From NCBI GenBank assembly GCA_963675665.1, contig OY776510.1, positions 896,001 through 960,000 of the forward strand: DNA of 64,000 nucleotides. The letters are read 5' to 3'. The stretch's first letter is position 1; each line of letters begins with the position of its first letter. The position numbers were made by a program, and so were the translations under genes. The notes beneath the pieces are model-generated. The model saw nothing but the letters and a program-made list of their open reading frames with translations, was not told the origin of the DNA and made no database searches. This DNA is from Spirochaetia bacterium. Lineage in GTDB: Bacteria; Spirochaetota; Spirochaetia; UBA9216. Shown here one piece after another: positions 20,298 through 29,880 of the stretch.

Positions 20298-20937
20298 TTC
20301 CTTCCAGTTTTATTTCGTCCGTATCAAGATTAATAATTATTCTGGACGCTTCATATTTATCGCCTTTCCAGTATACACGGGGCATGCCTGTAAGCTCAAG
20401 AATATTCTCTTTTCGATCGTATCCCGCATATTCTGATCGGCACGACATTGTTTCCCCGTCCGAGATCTTCAATATTCTGACTCCGATCTGAAGAATGGTA
20501 AACTCTTCCTTGCTTTTATCCTCTATAAATCCGCTCTTTGTGATCAGTTCATTTTTACGATCTTCCATTTCGGAATACCCGTCTACAATTATCAGTTCAG
20601 TTTCACGGTTATATTCAAGGTTCTGGCACACCAGGGTTGTATCGTTTTCCTGATCGAGAACCGTTATATTTCCGCTGCAAACGGCCAGCACAAAGTCTTC
20701 TCCGTAAATATCTATTTTGTCTGCATGGATTTCCCTGTTGTCGGTGATTATTACTGCGTTTCCCTGAAGGACGGTGTGTTCCTTTCCTTTTGCAAGGATT
20801 GCTTCGGTTCGATCCGCAGAGAATGAAAACGTATCTTTTTCCGTTTCAGCCGGCTCTGGTTCCGCCTCCTGGGAGAAACAGGATATTGAAAAACAGAATA
20901 TCAGCATGACTGTAATAAAAAGGATTTTTTTATTCAT
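20260..20937 (-). CDS. lptA: LptA/OstA family periplasmic protein
   Basis: Signal peptide, beta-jellyroll-like repeats, lies between lptC and lptB. Confidence 0.75.
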   Translation of the reverse strand: MNKKILFITVMLIFCFSISCFSQEAEPEPAETEKDTFSFSADRTEAILAKGKEHTVLQGNAVIITDNREIHADKIDIYGEDFVLAVCSGNITVLDQENDTTLVCQNLEYNRETELIIVDGYSEMEDRKNELITKSGFIEDKSKEEFTILQIGVRILKISDGETMSCRSEYAGYDRKENILELTGMPRVYWKGDKYEASRIIINLDTDEIKLEGNVSGSITSEEEQ

Positions 20938-21490
20938 TTACCCAGGTCCCTGTCACCTGGCTTTCAAACCTGATTGACTTTGTTTTGCTGTCGGCAAAAA
21001 AGCCCTTGCCGGCGATTTCGGACCCGCTGGATTCAACAATTTTTATACTGTCATCCGGTTTCCCGGACAGGGTGGCGTTTTCATTGTCCCAAAAAAGGTA
21101 TTCTCCTTCAAGCGAAGCTTCCTCCCGCCGGGAATAAAAGTCGAGGTTTCCCCATAGTTCGACGCTTTCCGTTTCATTAAACATTTTGGCATTATCAGCT
21201 TTTCCGTCGGTAACTACAGCGCCGTCTTCGTCATATTCCTGAAAATGAACACTCTGAAAAACTGTTTCTTTTCTTTTTCCGTATGTAAGCGATTTATCTG
21301 CTTTTATATAGAAAGTGGGAACAGTATCTTTAACCATAACCTGTGAAAAATTGTTTAATATTGTGTCGGGTATTTCTTCATCAAGATCTTCAGCCATCAT
21401 TGATTCTTCATAGTTAAACTGACAACCGGTGAGAAAAAATGCTGATAAGACAACAAGAATAATGAACAGTATCAATTTTTCAGCTTGCAT
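20930..21490 (-). CDS. lptC: LptC family lipoprotein
   Basis: Lipobox LTGC, LFWD..GKGFFAD; likely start is ATG 21490 rather than the longer ORF call. Confidence 0.75.
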   Translation of the reverse strand: MQAEKLILFIILVVLSAFFLTGCQFNYEESMMAEDLDEEIPDTILNNFSQVMVKDTVPTFYIKADKSLTYGKRKETVFQSVHFQEYDEDGAVVTDGKADNAKMFNETESVELWGNLDFYSRREEASLEGEYLFWDNENATLSGKPDDSIKIVESSGSEIAGKGFFADSKTKSIRFESQVTGTWVNE

Positions 21491-21580
21491 TATATGATTA
21501 TCGAGAAAATAGCTGAAAAAATCAATATTATAAACAAGTTGACATAGGAAACTCTCCACACTAAACTTAAAATACAGAAG

Positions 21581-22411
21581 GTGACAAGGCAAAAAATGAC
21601 GCGGTTTTTAAACGAAAAAGATTTCAACGATTTTAAAACTATGATATATGATGCCAGCGGCATTTATTTTTCCGATTCCAATGCTACAATTCTTGAAAGC
21701 AGGCTGAAGGATCGTCTTAGAAAAATGAATATAGAAACGCCTGCAGAATATTACCGATATATCAAACAGAATGAAGGAGAACTTAAGGTACTTCTTGATT
21801 CGGTAACAACGAACTTGACAAGGTTTTTCAGGAATACTGCCCATTTTCAGACATTTGAAAACCATGTAATTCCTGATCTTGTCGAGTACAAGAAAAAAAA
21901 CGGCGAAAAAACCATTAAACTGTGGAGCGCCGGCTGTTCAACCGGAGAAGAACCTTATTCTCTTGCAATGGTGATGAAAGAACTGCTTCCGCCGGACATC
22001 AGGTATGAAATAACCGCGTCGGATCTGAGTCTCCAATCGCTGATGACAGCCAAGGAAGGCTATTATGCCGATAACAGGATGAACGGCGTTCCGGAAAAAT
22101 ACCTTTCAAAGTATTTTGAAAAAAAGGACGGCGGTTATCGTGTAGTTGATGAAATTCGCAACAGCGTCAGGTTTGATTATCATAATCTTAAGTACGACAG
22201 CGGACAGAGTAACCTGGATATGGTTTTCTGTCGAAATGTTATAATATATTTTGATGAGGCAGCACAACAGGCTGTTATTGATAAATTCTGGAAATCAATG
22301 AATAATCATTCATATCTGTTTATTGGTCATTCCGAGTCTCTTTTCGGGATGAAAACTGAATTCGAATTTCTGAAAACAGACTGGGCATGTCTGTACAGAA
22401 AATTCAGATAA
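21581..22411 (+). CDS. cheR: Chemotaxis methyltransferase
   Basis: TTNLTRFFR, WSAGCSTGEEPYS, FCRNVIIYF, GHSES. Confidence 0.95.
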   Translation: MTRQKMTRFLNEKDFNDFKTMIYDASGIYFSDSNATILESRLKDRLRKMNIETPAEYYRYIKQNEGELKVLLDSVTTNLTRFFRNTAHFQTFENHVIPDLVEYKKKNGEKTIKLWSAGCSTGEEPYSLAMVMKELLPPDIRYEITASDLSLQSLMTAKEGYYADNRMNGVPEKYLSKYFEKKDGGYRVVDEIRNSVRFDYHNLKYDSGQSNLDMVFCRNVIIYFDEAAQQAVIDKFWKSMNNHSYLFIGHSESLFGMKTEFEFLKTDWACLYRKFR

Positions 22412-22483
22412 TGGGACCCCAAAAACTGCAGTTTTTAGAGGTCCCCATAAAACAAAGGACAGGGTTTAGGGCTGGAGGATTGT

Positions 22484-23644
22484 TTGAACGCGAACGATAT
22501 ATCTGTACTTGTATGTGATGATTCCGCTTTGATGAGAAACCTGATCGGTCGCATTGTTGATAATGCCGAAGGGTTAAGTCTTGCCGGGAAGGCCATGAAC
22601 GGCAAATTTGCCCTTGAAAAAATCCCAAGACTTAATCCCGATATAATTGTTCTCGATCTTGAAATGCCGGAAATGAACGGCATTGAATTTCTTAAGGAAC
22701 GCAAGAGACGGAATATTGATATTCCGGTTGTTATACTATCGTCGGTAGCAAAAAAAGGCGCGGAAGTTACAATGGAAGCTTTATCACTCGGAGCATCCGA
22801 CTTTATAATGAAACCTTCCGACACGAACACGCTTAACCTGGATGAAATAGCAAATTCCATTGTAAAAACCCTTCTGGCTTACGGTAAAAAGCATCGCGGA
22901 GAAGGCTGGTCTCCGCCGCCGGCTGTTGTTTCGCAGGAAAAATCGAAAAAACCGACGGATCCGCAGAAAATAGCTGATGATTTTGTGGCTAAAACGATAA
23001 TTAAAACACCCGAAACCAGAAAAAATGATTATGCAAAGGTAAATACGGCGCGCGTTGAAACCGACAGGGTTGAAGCCGTTGTTATCGGAATTTCAACCGG
23101 AGGCCCCAATGCACTGCGGGAGGTTTTCCGGGATATTGATAAAAATCTCAAAGTTCCCGTCCTTGTTGTTCAGCATATGCCTGCCGGTTTTACCGAAGAA
23201 TTTGCCAGAAGCCTTGACCGGATTTGCCCGCTTGAGGTTAAGGAAGCCGCGGACGGAGATATTCTCAAGCCGGGAAGAATACTTATCGCCCCCGGAAATG
23301 CGCACCTTCGGATTGAAAAGAAGCGGCTGGCTGCAGTAGCAAGGTTGGATGAATCAGAACTTGTAAACGGACATCGCCCGTCGGCTGATGTTCTGTTTTC
23401 ATCAACAGCGGAGTCTTACGGCGGAAATGTTCTGGCGGTTATTATGACCGGAATGGGAAAGGACGGAGCCCGCGAAATCGGGACCCTGTATAACAAGGGG
23501 GCCGTAACAATAGGGCAGGATGAAGAAAGCTGTATCGTTTACGGTATGCCACGGGCTGCTTATGATGCCGGATTTATTCAGTATCAGCTGCCGCTTAAGG
23601 AAATAGCATCTAAAATATCGGAGATTGTCAGGGAAAAAAGCTGA
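22484..23644 (+). CDS. cheB: Chemotaxis methylesterase
   Basis: Receiver domain plus GISTGGP, VQHMP, MTGMGKDG, VYGMP. Confidence 0.95.
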   Translation: MNANDISVLVCDDSALMRNLIGRIVDNAEGLSLAGKAMNGKFALEKIPRLNPDIIVLDLEMPEMNGIEFLKERKRRNIDIPVVILSSVAKKGAEVTMEALSLGASDFIMKPSDTNTLNLDEIANSIVKTLLAYGKKHRGEGWSPPPAVVSQEKSKKPTDPQKIADDFVAKTIIKTPETRKNDYAKVNTARVETDRVEAVVIGISTGGPNALREVFRDIDKNLKVPVLVVQHMPAGFTEEFARSLDRICPLEVKEAADGDILKPGRILIAPGNAHLRIEKKRLAAVARLDESELVNGHRPSADVLFSSTAESYGGNVLAVIMTGMGKDGAREIGTLYNKGAVTIGQDEESCIVYGMPRAAYDAGFIQYQLPLKEIASKISEIVREKS

Positions 23645-23646
23645 TC

Positions 23647-24057
23647 TCAGCTGAATTTGCGGGTAATCTCGGGCATTCCCTTTTTTCCGGCTTTCCGGCT
23701 GGTGATAAAGTTAATTCCAAAGCCGGCGGCAATTCCTGCAAGTCCGGAAAGAACCTGTATTCCCTCGCCGGCGGACTCCAAAATAAACCTGATTCCGAAG
23801 AAAAAAACGAAAAACAGAAGCAGCGGAAAGATCATTACCATAAACGCCGCGCCGATGGTTTTCCCCGTCGGCAGAAAAACCTCAACTTTACTGCCCGGTT
23901 CAAGTTCGTATCCTTTTATGTTCACGGCCTCAAAGGTTTTATCGTTAACCCCGCCGCAGAAACCGTGGGCCGCGCATGACTGGCAGCTTTCACTGTCGCC
24001 GCAGGCCAGAGTAACTACATCATTATTAATTCTGATCACCGTTGCTTTCTCGAGCAT
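23647..24057 (-). CDS. RseC/MucC family membrane protein
   Basis: C..CQSC....FCG cluster then two TM helices; RBS before ATG 24057. Confidence 0.75.
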   Translation of the reverse strand: MLEKATVIRINNDVVTLACGDSESCQSCAAHGFCGGVNDKTFEAVNIKGYELEPGSKVEVFLPTGKTIGAAFMVMIFPLLLFFVFFFGIRFILESAGEGIQVLSGLAGIAAGFGINFITSRKAGKKGMPEITRKFS

Positions 24058-24868
24058 CGGGAACCTCCCTGCATTCTTTTCGTATGCGTTTGATTGATTC
24101 GGCATTACCGTCGTTGTTGAAATCGATAATAACGCCCTGCAGCTCAATGTTTTTCCATGCTTCCCGTGAGCGTTCGGGCACCTGGGTAATGAATTTTTCG
24201 ATTTCGACCGCCGGATCAAGACCGCCGACTGATTCCAGGCTGCCGGTCCGTCCGGTATCACAGATTATGGCGGTTCCGTTTGGCAGAACCTGTTCGTCTG
24301 CCGACTGGGCTTTTGTATGCGAGCCCACAACCGCCGAGACCTTTCCGTCCATCAGTCTGAACATGGTATATTTTTCCGCAGTTGTCGCCGCATGAAAATC
24401 CATTATGACAATGTCTGCCTCCGCCTTCAGTCTGGACGCCAGTTCCGGCGCGTAAGTGAACGGATTGCTCAGGTGGGTCCGCGGAAACCCGGATTGGCCG
24501 AGCATGGTAAAGACGCCTATCTTTTTATCTCCGCAATCGTAAACCCTCCAGCCCCGGCCGGGATTTCCCGGGGGATAATTTGCCGACCTGAGAATATACG
24601 GAGCTTTTACGATATGTTCAACAATGTCTTTTTTGTAATAGCCTTTCTCTCCGAGCGTCTGGCAGTCGATGCCGAGTTTTCTCATATAGACGGAATGGTT
24701 TTTTCCTATTCCGAAACCGCCGGTAACACCTTCGGTATTAGCTATTACAAAATCGATATTCTCTTCTTTCTTTAATTCCGGAAGAAGTTTTTTAATGCAG
24801 AAGACGCCGGCCTTTCCGACGACTTCTCCTATGCACAAGACTCTTGTATTGCTGGCGCTATTGCTCAT
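24026..24868 (-). CDS. ymdB: YmdB-like (TIGR00282) metallophosphoesterase
   Basis: IGEVVGKAG, DFHAATTAEK, GSHTKAQSAD; some metal ligands look divergent. Confidence 0.85.
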   Translation of the reverse strand: MSNSASNTRVLCIGEVVGKAGVFCIKKLLPELKKEENIDFVIANTEGVTGGFGIGKNHSVYMRKLGIDCQTLGEKGYYKKDIVEHIVKAPYILRSANYPPGNPGRGWRVYDCGDKKIGVFTMLGQSGFPRTHLSNPFTYAPELASRLKAEADIVIMDFHAATTAEKYTMFRLMDGKVSAVVGSHTKAQSADEQVLPNGTAIICDTGRTGSLESVGGLDPAVEIEKFITQVPERSREAWKNIELQGVIIDFNNDGNAESIKRIRKECREVPDARESNGDQN

Positions 24869-24911
24869 GAATATAAGATACAGAAAAGAGGAATAAAAGG
24901 AAAGCCTACCG

Positions 24912-25265
24912 TTAGAAGCTTTGAATAATCTCCCCGTCGTCGGAATTTAAATCAAGACTTATAAACATAAGATGATAATAGCAGGCTGAAAGCGTAATGT
25001 TGCCGCGAATTTTTCCCCTGTATTCCTTTTTCAGATCAGCCAGCAGTTTCTTATAATCCTCGCCGACATTGACCTTGTCTACGAAATTAAAATCTATGAT
25101 TACATTATCAGGACCGGATTTATCCAGCCGCAGGGAGCGTTTTTTTCCGTTATCTTCAAGATTATAATTCAGAAGGCGTTTCATGACTGAATCCGGACGG
25201 AGCATTTCCCTGATAAATATCTTCTTTTCTATGCGGAGTTCTCCGCCGCTGATTGAAAAATCCAA
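24912..25265 (-). CDS. Hypothetical protein, third gene of the AAA/VWA cluster
   Basis: 117-aa ORF starting 3 bp after the VWA gene stop. Confidence 0.6.
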   Translation of the reverse strand: MDFSISGGELRIEKKIFIREMLRPDSVMKRLLNYNLEDNGKKRSLRLDKSGPDNVIIDFNFVDKVNVGEDYKKLLADLKKEYRGKIRGNITLSACYYHLMFISLDLNSDDGEIIQSF

Positions 25266-25268
25266 AAC

Positions 25269-26399
25269 TTATCCCTTAAACTGAACCGAATCGCCGAACG
25301 GCGGCGCTTTTTCCGGTTTTCGGGTCAGAATCCAAAGAACCTTTTGTTTTACAGACTCAGGCATTATCCCGTCGCCGTCGGTGAATACCAGGACAAGCCT
25401 CGCCGCCATACTGTCGGCAAGTCCGAACACCGGTCTGAAGTCGGTTCCGCCCTTCTTTACCCGGTCTTTTACCCTTAGAAATTTCTCAAGCGGCACCGGC
25501 CGGGTGCAGTCCGTATCGAAGCGGATCACCTGAATATCAGACTTGACTGCCCTCTTTAAAATCATCAGCTCTTTATAAAATTTCATTACGTCTTCATCAT
25601 TTATTGAGCTGCTTTCATCTATTGCAACAAGGGCCTCAATGCTTTTCCGTCGTTTTGTTCCCGGCAGATCGTCAAAACGTCTGGAAACCCTTTTTACTGT
25701 TTTGTGAATCTGCATCCTGCCCTTGCCCGAAATAAACTGTTTGAGAATACTGCGCCAGTTGACCTCTACCGAGGCATAGAGACCTTTCATGATTCCCTGA
25801 AGCGAACCGGGGATTTCCCCTTCCTGCGCTGCCTGGCGGGTAATTTCTTCCAGGCTGCATTCAACTGCGCTCTGATTAATCTCCGAAAGATCGGTATCCT
25901 CGTCGATTTTAACCGCTATTTCCCGTTCGTCCGGAAAGCGCAGCATCATTTTTTCATCCGTATATGAAAGCGGCAACGATTCCGGCGGGGCAGCCTCAAG
26001 AAGCGCGTCATAGTAGTATTCAGCGCTTCTCCCCGGCTCGAATTTGAAGGCAAGCAGCCGTGAAGCCTTCTCAACAGTAAGCGACTCTGCCGGCAGCATC
26101 TCCGGAATTATATGCTCGTTTGCAGCCAGGTCTCCCGCCATTGCCCAAACCTGCCTGTTTCGGCCGCCGCGCCGGAACGGGTGAAGCAGAATCAGATGCA
26201 GAAGTTCATGCAGAACAGCCCCGAATGCGTGATCCTCGCTCAATGATTCAAGCCATTCGGGGTTATAAACAAGCTGGATTACCGGTCCTATAACCATCTT
26301 TATCTGTTCAACCTCGGCGCTTTGAACGGTCTTTATGGTCGACAGAATATAGCCGAAAAAGGGTTTGCGCAGAAGCAGGTTCAGGATAATTTTATTCAT
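25269..26399 (-). CDS. DUF2201-type metallopeptidase plus VWA-like protein
   Basis: HELLH (HExxH), DESSS MIDAS-like motif, GGTDF.P, FTDG.G. Confidence 0.85.
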   Translation of the reverse strand: MNKIILNLLLRKPFFGYILSTIKTVQSAEVEQIKMVIGPVIQLVYNPEWLESLSEDHAFGAVLHELLHLILLHPFRRGGRNRQVWAMAGDLAANEHIIPEMLPAESLTVEKASRLLAFKFEPGRSAEYYYDALLEAAPPESLPLSYTDEKMMLRFPDEREIAVKIDEDTDLSEINQSAVECSLEEITRQAAQEGEIPGSLQGIMKGLYASVEVNWRSILKQFISGKGRMQIHKTVKRVSRRFDDLPGTKRRKSIEALVAIDESSSINDEDVMKFYKELMILKRAVKSDIQVIRFDTDCTRPVPLEKFLRVKDRVKKGGTDFRPVFGLADSMAARLVLVFTDGDGIMPESVKQKVLWILTRKPEKAPPFGDSVQFKG

Positions 26400-27472
26400 G
26401 TTGCAATAAAATCCACAATATTGTCGGCGACCTTGTCGAATACCGGCAGGTTGCAGGACAGGTAATCAAAATCTTCCGGGCGTTTTGTTACGAAATATTT
26501 GAAAAACATAATTGCAAACTCTTCAGGAAGAAATTCAATCAGGCTGTTAAGGTTGCCCATGTGAATTTCATTAAGCTGAAGAACCCCTACTATGTTTTTA
26601 ATAACAAGATTAAGAATATCTATCCGGTTTTTCTCAAGCAGGACCGCGAAAAAATCCTTCTGGCCTTTAAAATTTTCAAGGGTCTGCAGTGCTCCGGGGA
26701 CCGTTACATCGTTTGTTGCAAGCCACCCGAAAAAAGAGGCCGTTGCTTCAGGCCCTACAACCCCCGCAATAAGCAGTTCAAGCAGATGTCCTTCAAGCTC
26801 GCAGCTGTTCATTATATTCTGAACCTTGGTCCAGCCGCGCGGAGTAGGGTGTTTTGCAAGCGGATCGGATTCGGAGGTTTCCCTGGTTATCAGCAGCATA
26901 TCCGGGTTTGCATTCAGGTACCCGAGAACCTTGTCGTTGCTTCCGGTTTCTATCGAGTAATCGGTATAGTCTTCCATGTTTGCTGTTATCTCAAGCGAAA
27001 TAAAACGATCAATCAGGGCGTCGTCAAGTGCGTTTACGGTATAGTTGAGGTTGTCCGGGTTCATTGTCACGCCGATTTTCCAGCCCGGCGCAAGCGAATG
27101 GTTGTTTATACGGCCTTCAAGAAGAAGCGGGTACAGCACCGATACAGTGTCGCTGGGCACACGGTTTATTTCTTCAAAAACCAGAAGCCCGCGTTCCTGA
27201 AAGAGGCCCGCTTCAATCGCCCTGTTTGTAGGCAGAAACTGCGGGGCGAGATAGCGGGTAATTCCGGAATCGCTCTGTTTGTCGGGCAGGCCCATGAAAT
27301 CGGGACCTTCAAGCGCCGCGGCATATAAAGCCATATAGCCGATACCCAGTTCGTCGGCGCACTGCCTGTATGCAGAGGTTTTTCCGACCCCGCGTTCGCT
27401 GATCAACGCCGTAACTTCCGAAGTGTTTTGATAAAGTTCTTTAATACAGTGTTTTGCTTCGCTTATACGCAT
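26396..27472 (-). CDS. MoxR-related AAA+ ATPase
   Basis: SERGVGKT Walker A, LVFEEINR Walker B, TMNP, DALIDRF, TPRGW. Confidence 0.85.
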   Translation of the reverse strand: MRISEAKHCIKELYQNTSEVTALISERGVGKTSAYRQCADELGIGYMALYAAALEGPDFMGLPDKQSDSGITRYLAPQFLPTNRAIEAGLFQERGLLVFEEINRVPSDTVSVLYPLLLEGRINNHSLAPGWKIGVTMNPDNLNYTVNALDDALIDRFISLEITANMEDYTDYSIETGSNDKVLGYLNANPDMLLITRETSESDPLAKHPTPRGWTKVQNIMNSCELEGHLLELLIAGVVGPEATASFFGWLATNDVTVPGALQTLENFKGQKDFFAVLLEKNRIDILNLVIKNIVGVLQLNEIHMGNLNSLIEFLPEEFAIMFFKYFVTKRPEDFDYLSCNLPVFDKVADNIVDFIAT

Positions 27473-27607
27473 GGATCTACTCCTGAATCTTTCTAATAAG
27501 ATAAATATTTATCTATAAAAACCTAACATATAAACTGACAAAAGTAAAGGAGTCTCTTTTAAAACTTTCCCGTTTCTGTAATTGCATTTATTAAAATTGG
27601 CTCTGTG

Positions 27608-27808
27608 TTATTTCAGGTTTTTTTGAATTGAACCGTCGGGAAGCATGTTGTCGGGATGGTATTCGCCGCGGGCATCCATCTGCTTCCGGATACAATCCGG
27701 GTTGTTTATCCAGCAGTATTCGCTGACCCAATGCTCCTCAAGTTTGCCGGCATCGTAGAATCGCTTCATCGGGCAGATGCTGTACCAGTAACAGACCTTT
27801 TTTACCAT
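27608..27808 (-). CDS. Small Cys-rich conserved-looking protein
   Basis: 66 aa with C..W...CP, YC, C.R and HPDNMLPDG. Confidence 0.65.
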   Translation of the reverse strand: MVKKVCYWYSICPMKRFYDAGKLEEHWVSEYCWINNPDCIRKQMDARGEYHPDNMLPDGSIQKNLK

Positions 27809-27834
27809 GGTTTATTCTATCATATTAAGAATAC

Positions 27835-28030
27835 GGGCGTCTCCCCCGGGCAGGACTCCGTCGGAGGCCCGCCCGGGGGCCGGGTCTTGCGGGGGTACCG
27901 CAGAAATTGTCAGGCTCCTGACAATTTCCGCCGCCTGCGGCGCCCCTCCACCCCCTGACGCGGACGACTAAAGTCGTTTGAACCGGTAAACCGGTTCTTT
28001 TGGAGTTTTGCTTCGCAAAACATCCGGAAG
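27835..28030. repeat. GC-rich multi-hairpin REP/MITE-like element
   Basis: Stems CCCCCGGGC/GCCCGGGGG, GAAATTGTCAGG/CCTGACAATTTC, GAACCGGT/ACCGGTTC, GTTTTGC/GCAAAAC. Confidence 0.6.
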
Positions 28031-28073
28031 CATAATGGTTTTATCCGTGTTTTAATTTAACATTTTTAATATA

Positions 28074-28102
28074 TTGACAAGCAGCATCCGGTTATGTAAT
28101 AT
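28074..28102 (+). promoter_or_regulatory. Sigma70 promoter of tRNA-Leu
   Basis: TTGACA-17 bp-TAATAT. Confidence 0.8.
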
Positions 28103-28113
28103 AGCTCCACAGT

Positions 28114-28197
28114 GCCCAGGTGGTGAAATTGGTAGACACGCTAGGTTCAGGGTCTAGTGTCCGTGCGGATGTGCTGGTTCGAGTCCAGTTCTGGGCA
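28114..28197 (+). tRNA. tRNA-Leu, anticodon CAG
   Basis: Acceptor GCCCAGG/TCTGGGC, D loop TTGGTA, anticodon arm CTAGG-TTCAGGG-TCTAG, long variable arm, GTTCGAG; CCA not encoded. Confidence 0.97.
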
Positions 28198-28235
28198 AAA
28201 AAAGACAAGCTTGCAATGCGGGCTTGTCTTTTTTT
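28197..28235 (+). terminator. Bidirectional-type terminator after the tRNA
   Basis: AAAAAAAGACAAGC...GCTTGTCTTTTTTT. Confidence 0.85.
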
Positions 28236-28239
28236 GTAT

Positions 28240-28380
28240 CAGGAAGAACTGGCGAGATCCGTAGGAGCGGCGCGAAAACCTGGAGCGCAAATCGACAGGA
28301 CGTCGATTTAGTGACGAAGGCGGCCTGGAAGGAGCAAACAGGAAGTTTGCGACAGGAAGGCGAGTCCAGTTCTGGGCAAA
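28240..28380 (+). repeat. tRNA-linked GGA-hairpin element ending in a copy of the tRNA 3' end
   Basis: CGAGTCCAGTTCTGGGCAAA repeated at 28361-28380; hairpins with AGGA loops. Confidence 0.7.
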
Positions 28381-28672
28381 TATAAACTCTTATGGGGTAA
28401 GAGATTAGGACGATTTCAGATGAAATCGTCTTTTTTTATTTAGGCGTCATTTTGGGACTGACGCCAGTATTGACTGCGAAGCAGCACCGCAGGTACGCCA
28501 ATTGAAATGTGATTACTCGGATTGAATGGGGTAAAGTTGCGCCATTACAGTGCTCTTATATTAGGTAATCTTTAATTCGGTTATAAAGGATTTCGCCATT
28601 GCCGCGTCCTTCCTCATGGGTAGATAGGCATAAAAAGTTGATACTATCATCTTTAAGTTTTTGAAAAACAAT

Positions 28673-29865
28673 CCCGTCCATTATTTTTTTACACCCTTAA
28701 GCACTTGATCGATATTAATGATGGTGTAAATCCGATAATACCGGCAGTTTCCTGATATTACCGGAACATTTTTCTATTTCTGCATCGGGGATCTTGTCTA
28801 TTCCTTGGTGCATTCTTTGATTATTGTAATAGCAAACAAATTCTGAGACGATTTTCTTGATCTGTTTCTCCGAGAATAGAAGGAAATGATCCAGAGCCTC
28901 TCGCCTGATTGTTCCTACCAGCCGTTCGACATGAGAATTCATATTCGGAGCAGCGGTACTGATGTTAACACCCTCAATATCATACCAGCTGTAATCAATG
29001 GAGGTAAATTGAGGTGTATTATCAAATATCAGTGTTTTGGGTTCATCGTTGTCATAAGTGAAATCTATTATTTGCTGTCGTACAAGCACCCTACTTGGAT
29101 TCTCTGTAAGACTCCATTTCACGATTTTCCTTGATTCCAGCTCTATTATTAGTAGAAGATATAGCCTCTTTCCCAAGAGTGTATCAATCGTCATAAAATC
29201 CATTGCGAATAAGGAATCCCAGTTCAGTTTGAGGAACTATTTCCAGGAACCATTCGGGTGAATCAACCCTTGCTTCCTGAAAGTGCTGATAATTCTGTTC
29301 ACAGTGGTGTAATGAATATCAATATTGATTTTCTTTAGTTCGTTAGCAATCTTTTTGCAACCCCAGAGATAGTTTTCCTGTTTCATCTCAAGAATCAGAT
29401 TTTTGATGTCCCTGGTAACAGGTCTTCTTCCGGGCGCTTTATGCTTGAAACTCCAGTAATTTTTAATGAACTTTCGTTGCCAACTCAGAAGAGTTTGAGG
29501 CTTTACTATTGTCAGATGATTCATTGCTCTTGCTGATCGAGCTATAATCAGTGCAAGACAGAACTTATCGCTTTTCCGGAAAAGCAGCTTCTTGTTCTTC
29601 AGATTGAGATGTCGCTTATAAATCTCATTTTCCTTTTTGAGGAGCAGCATTGTGAAGATGATATTCTTTCTTTTGCGGAATATGGTATTGAATATAGAAG
29701 CAAGTAGAGAGCATAAGAAGTTGAACATGATTTGAATATATCCAGGGTTTGTAATGAGGTAAATTTACCATATTAAAACAGGTTTCAGTGCCCGGAAAAA
29801 AAAATAACCTAAGAGGTTTTAATGTAGAAAAATTTCCATATTATCCTAAAAAGCCACAGGACGGG
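28673..29865 (-). mobile_element. IS-like DDE (rve integrase core) element, relic 1, near intact
   Basis: Ends CCCGTCC/GGACGGG; ORF 29728-28715 with HTH (WGCKKIANEL) and D-D-E (DFMT, FDN, VERL); in-frame TAG at 29237. Confidence 0.85.
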
Positions 29866-29880
29866 TGTTGAATATCGATG

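Noticed and set aside
26561-27328. Long antisense ORFs (also 132-659, 4253-4831, 37996-38589, 44635-45231)
   Set aside because: Shadows of well-supported genes on the opposite strand with no recognisable motifs
28120-28311. 63-aa ORF
   Set aside because: It is a translation of the tRNA-Leu gene and its terminator
29752-29775. Palindrome as a canonical dif/XerCD site
   Set aside because: Lacks the TTATGTTAAAT-like XerD arm and 11-6-11 layout; only an analogy is kept
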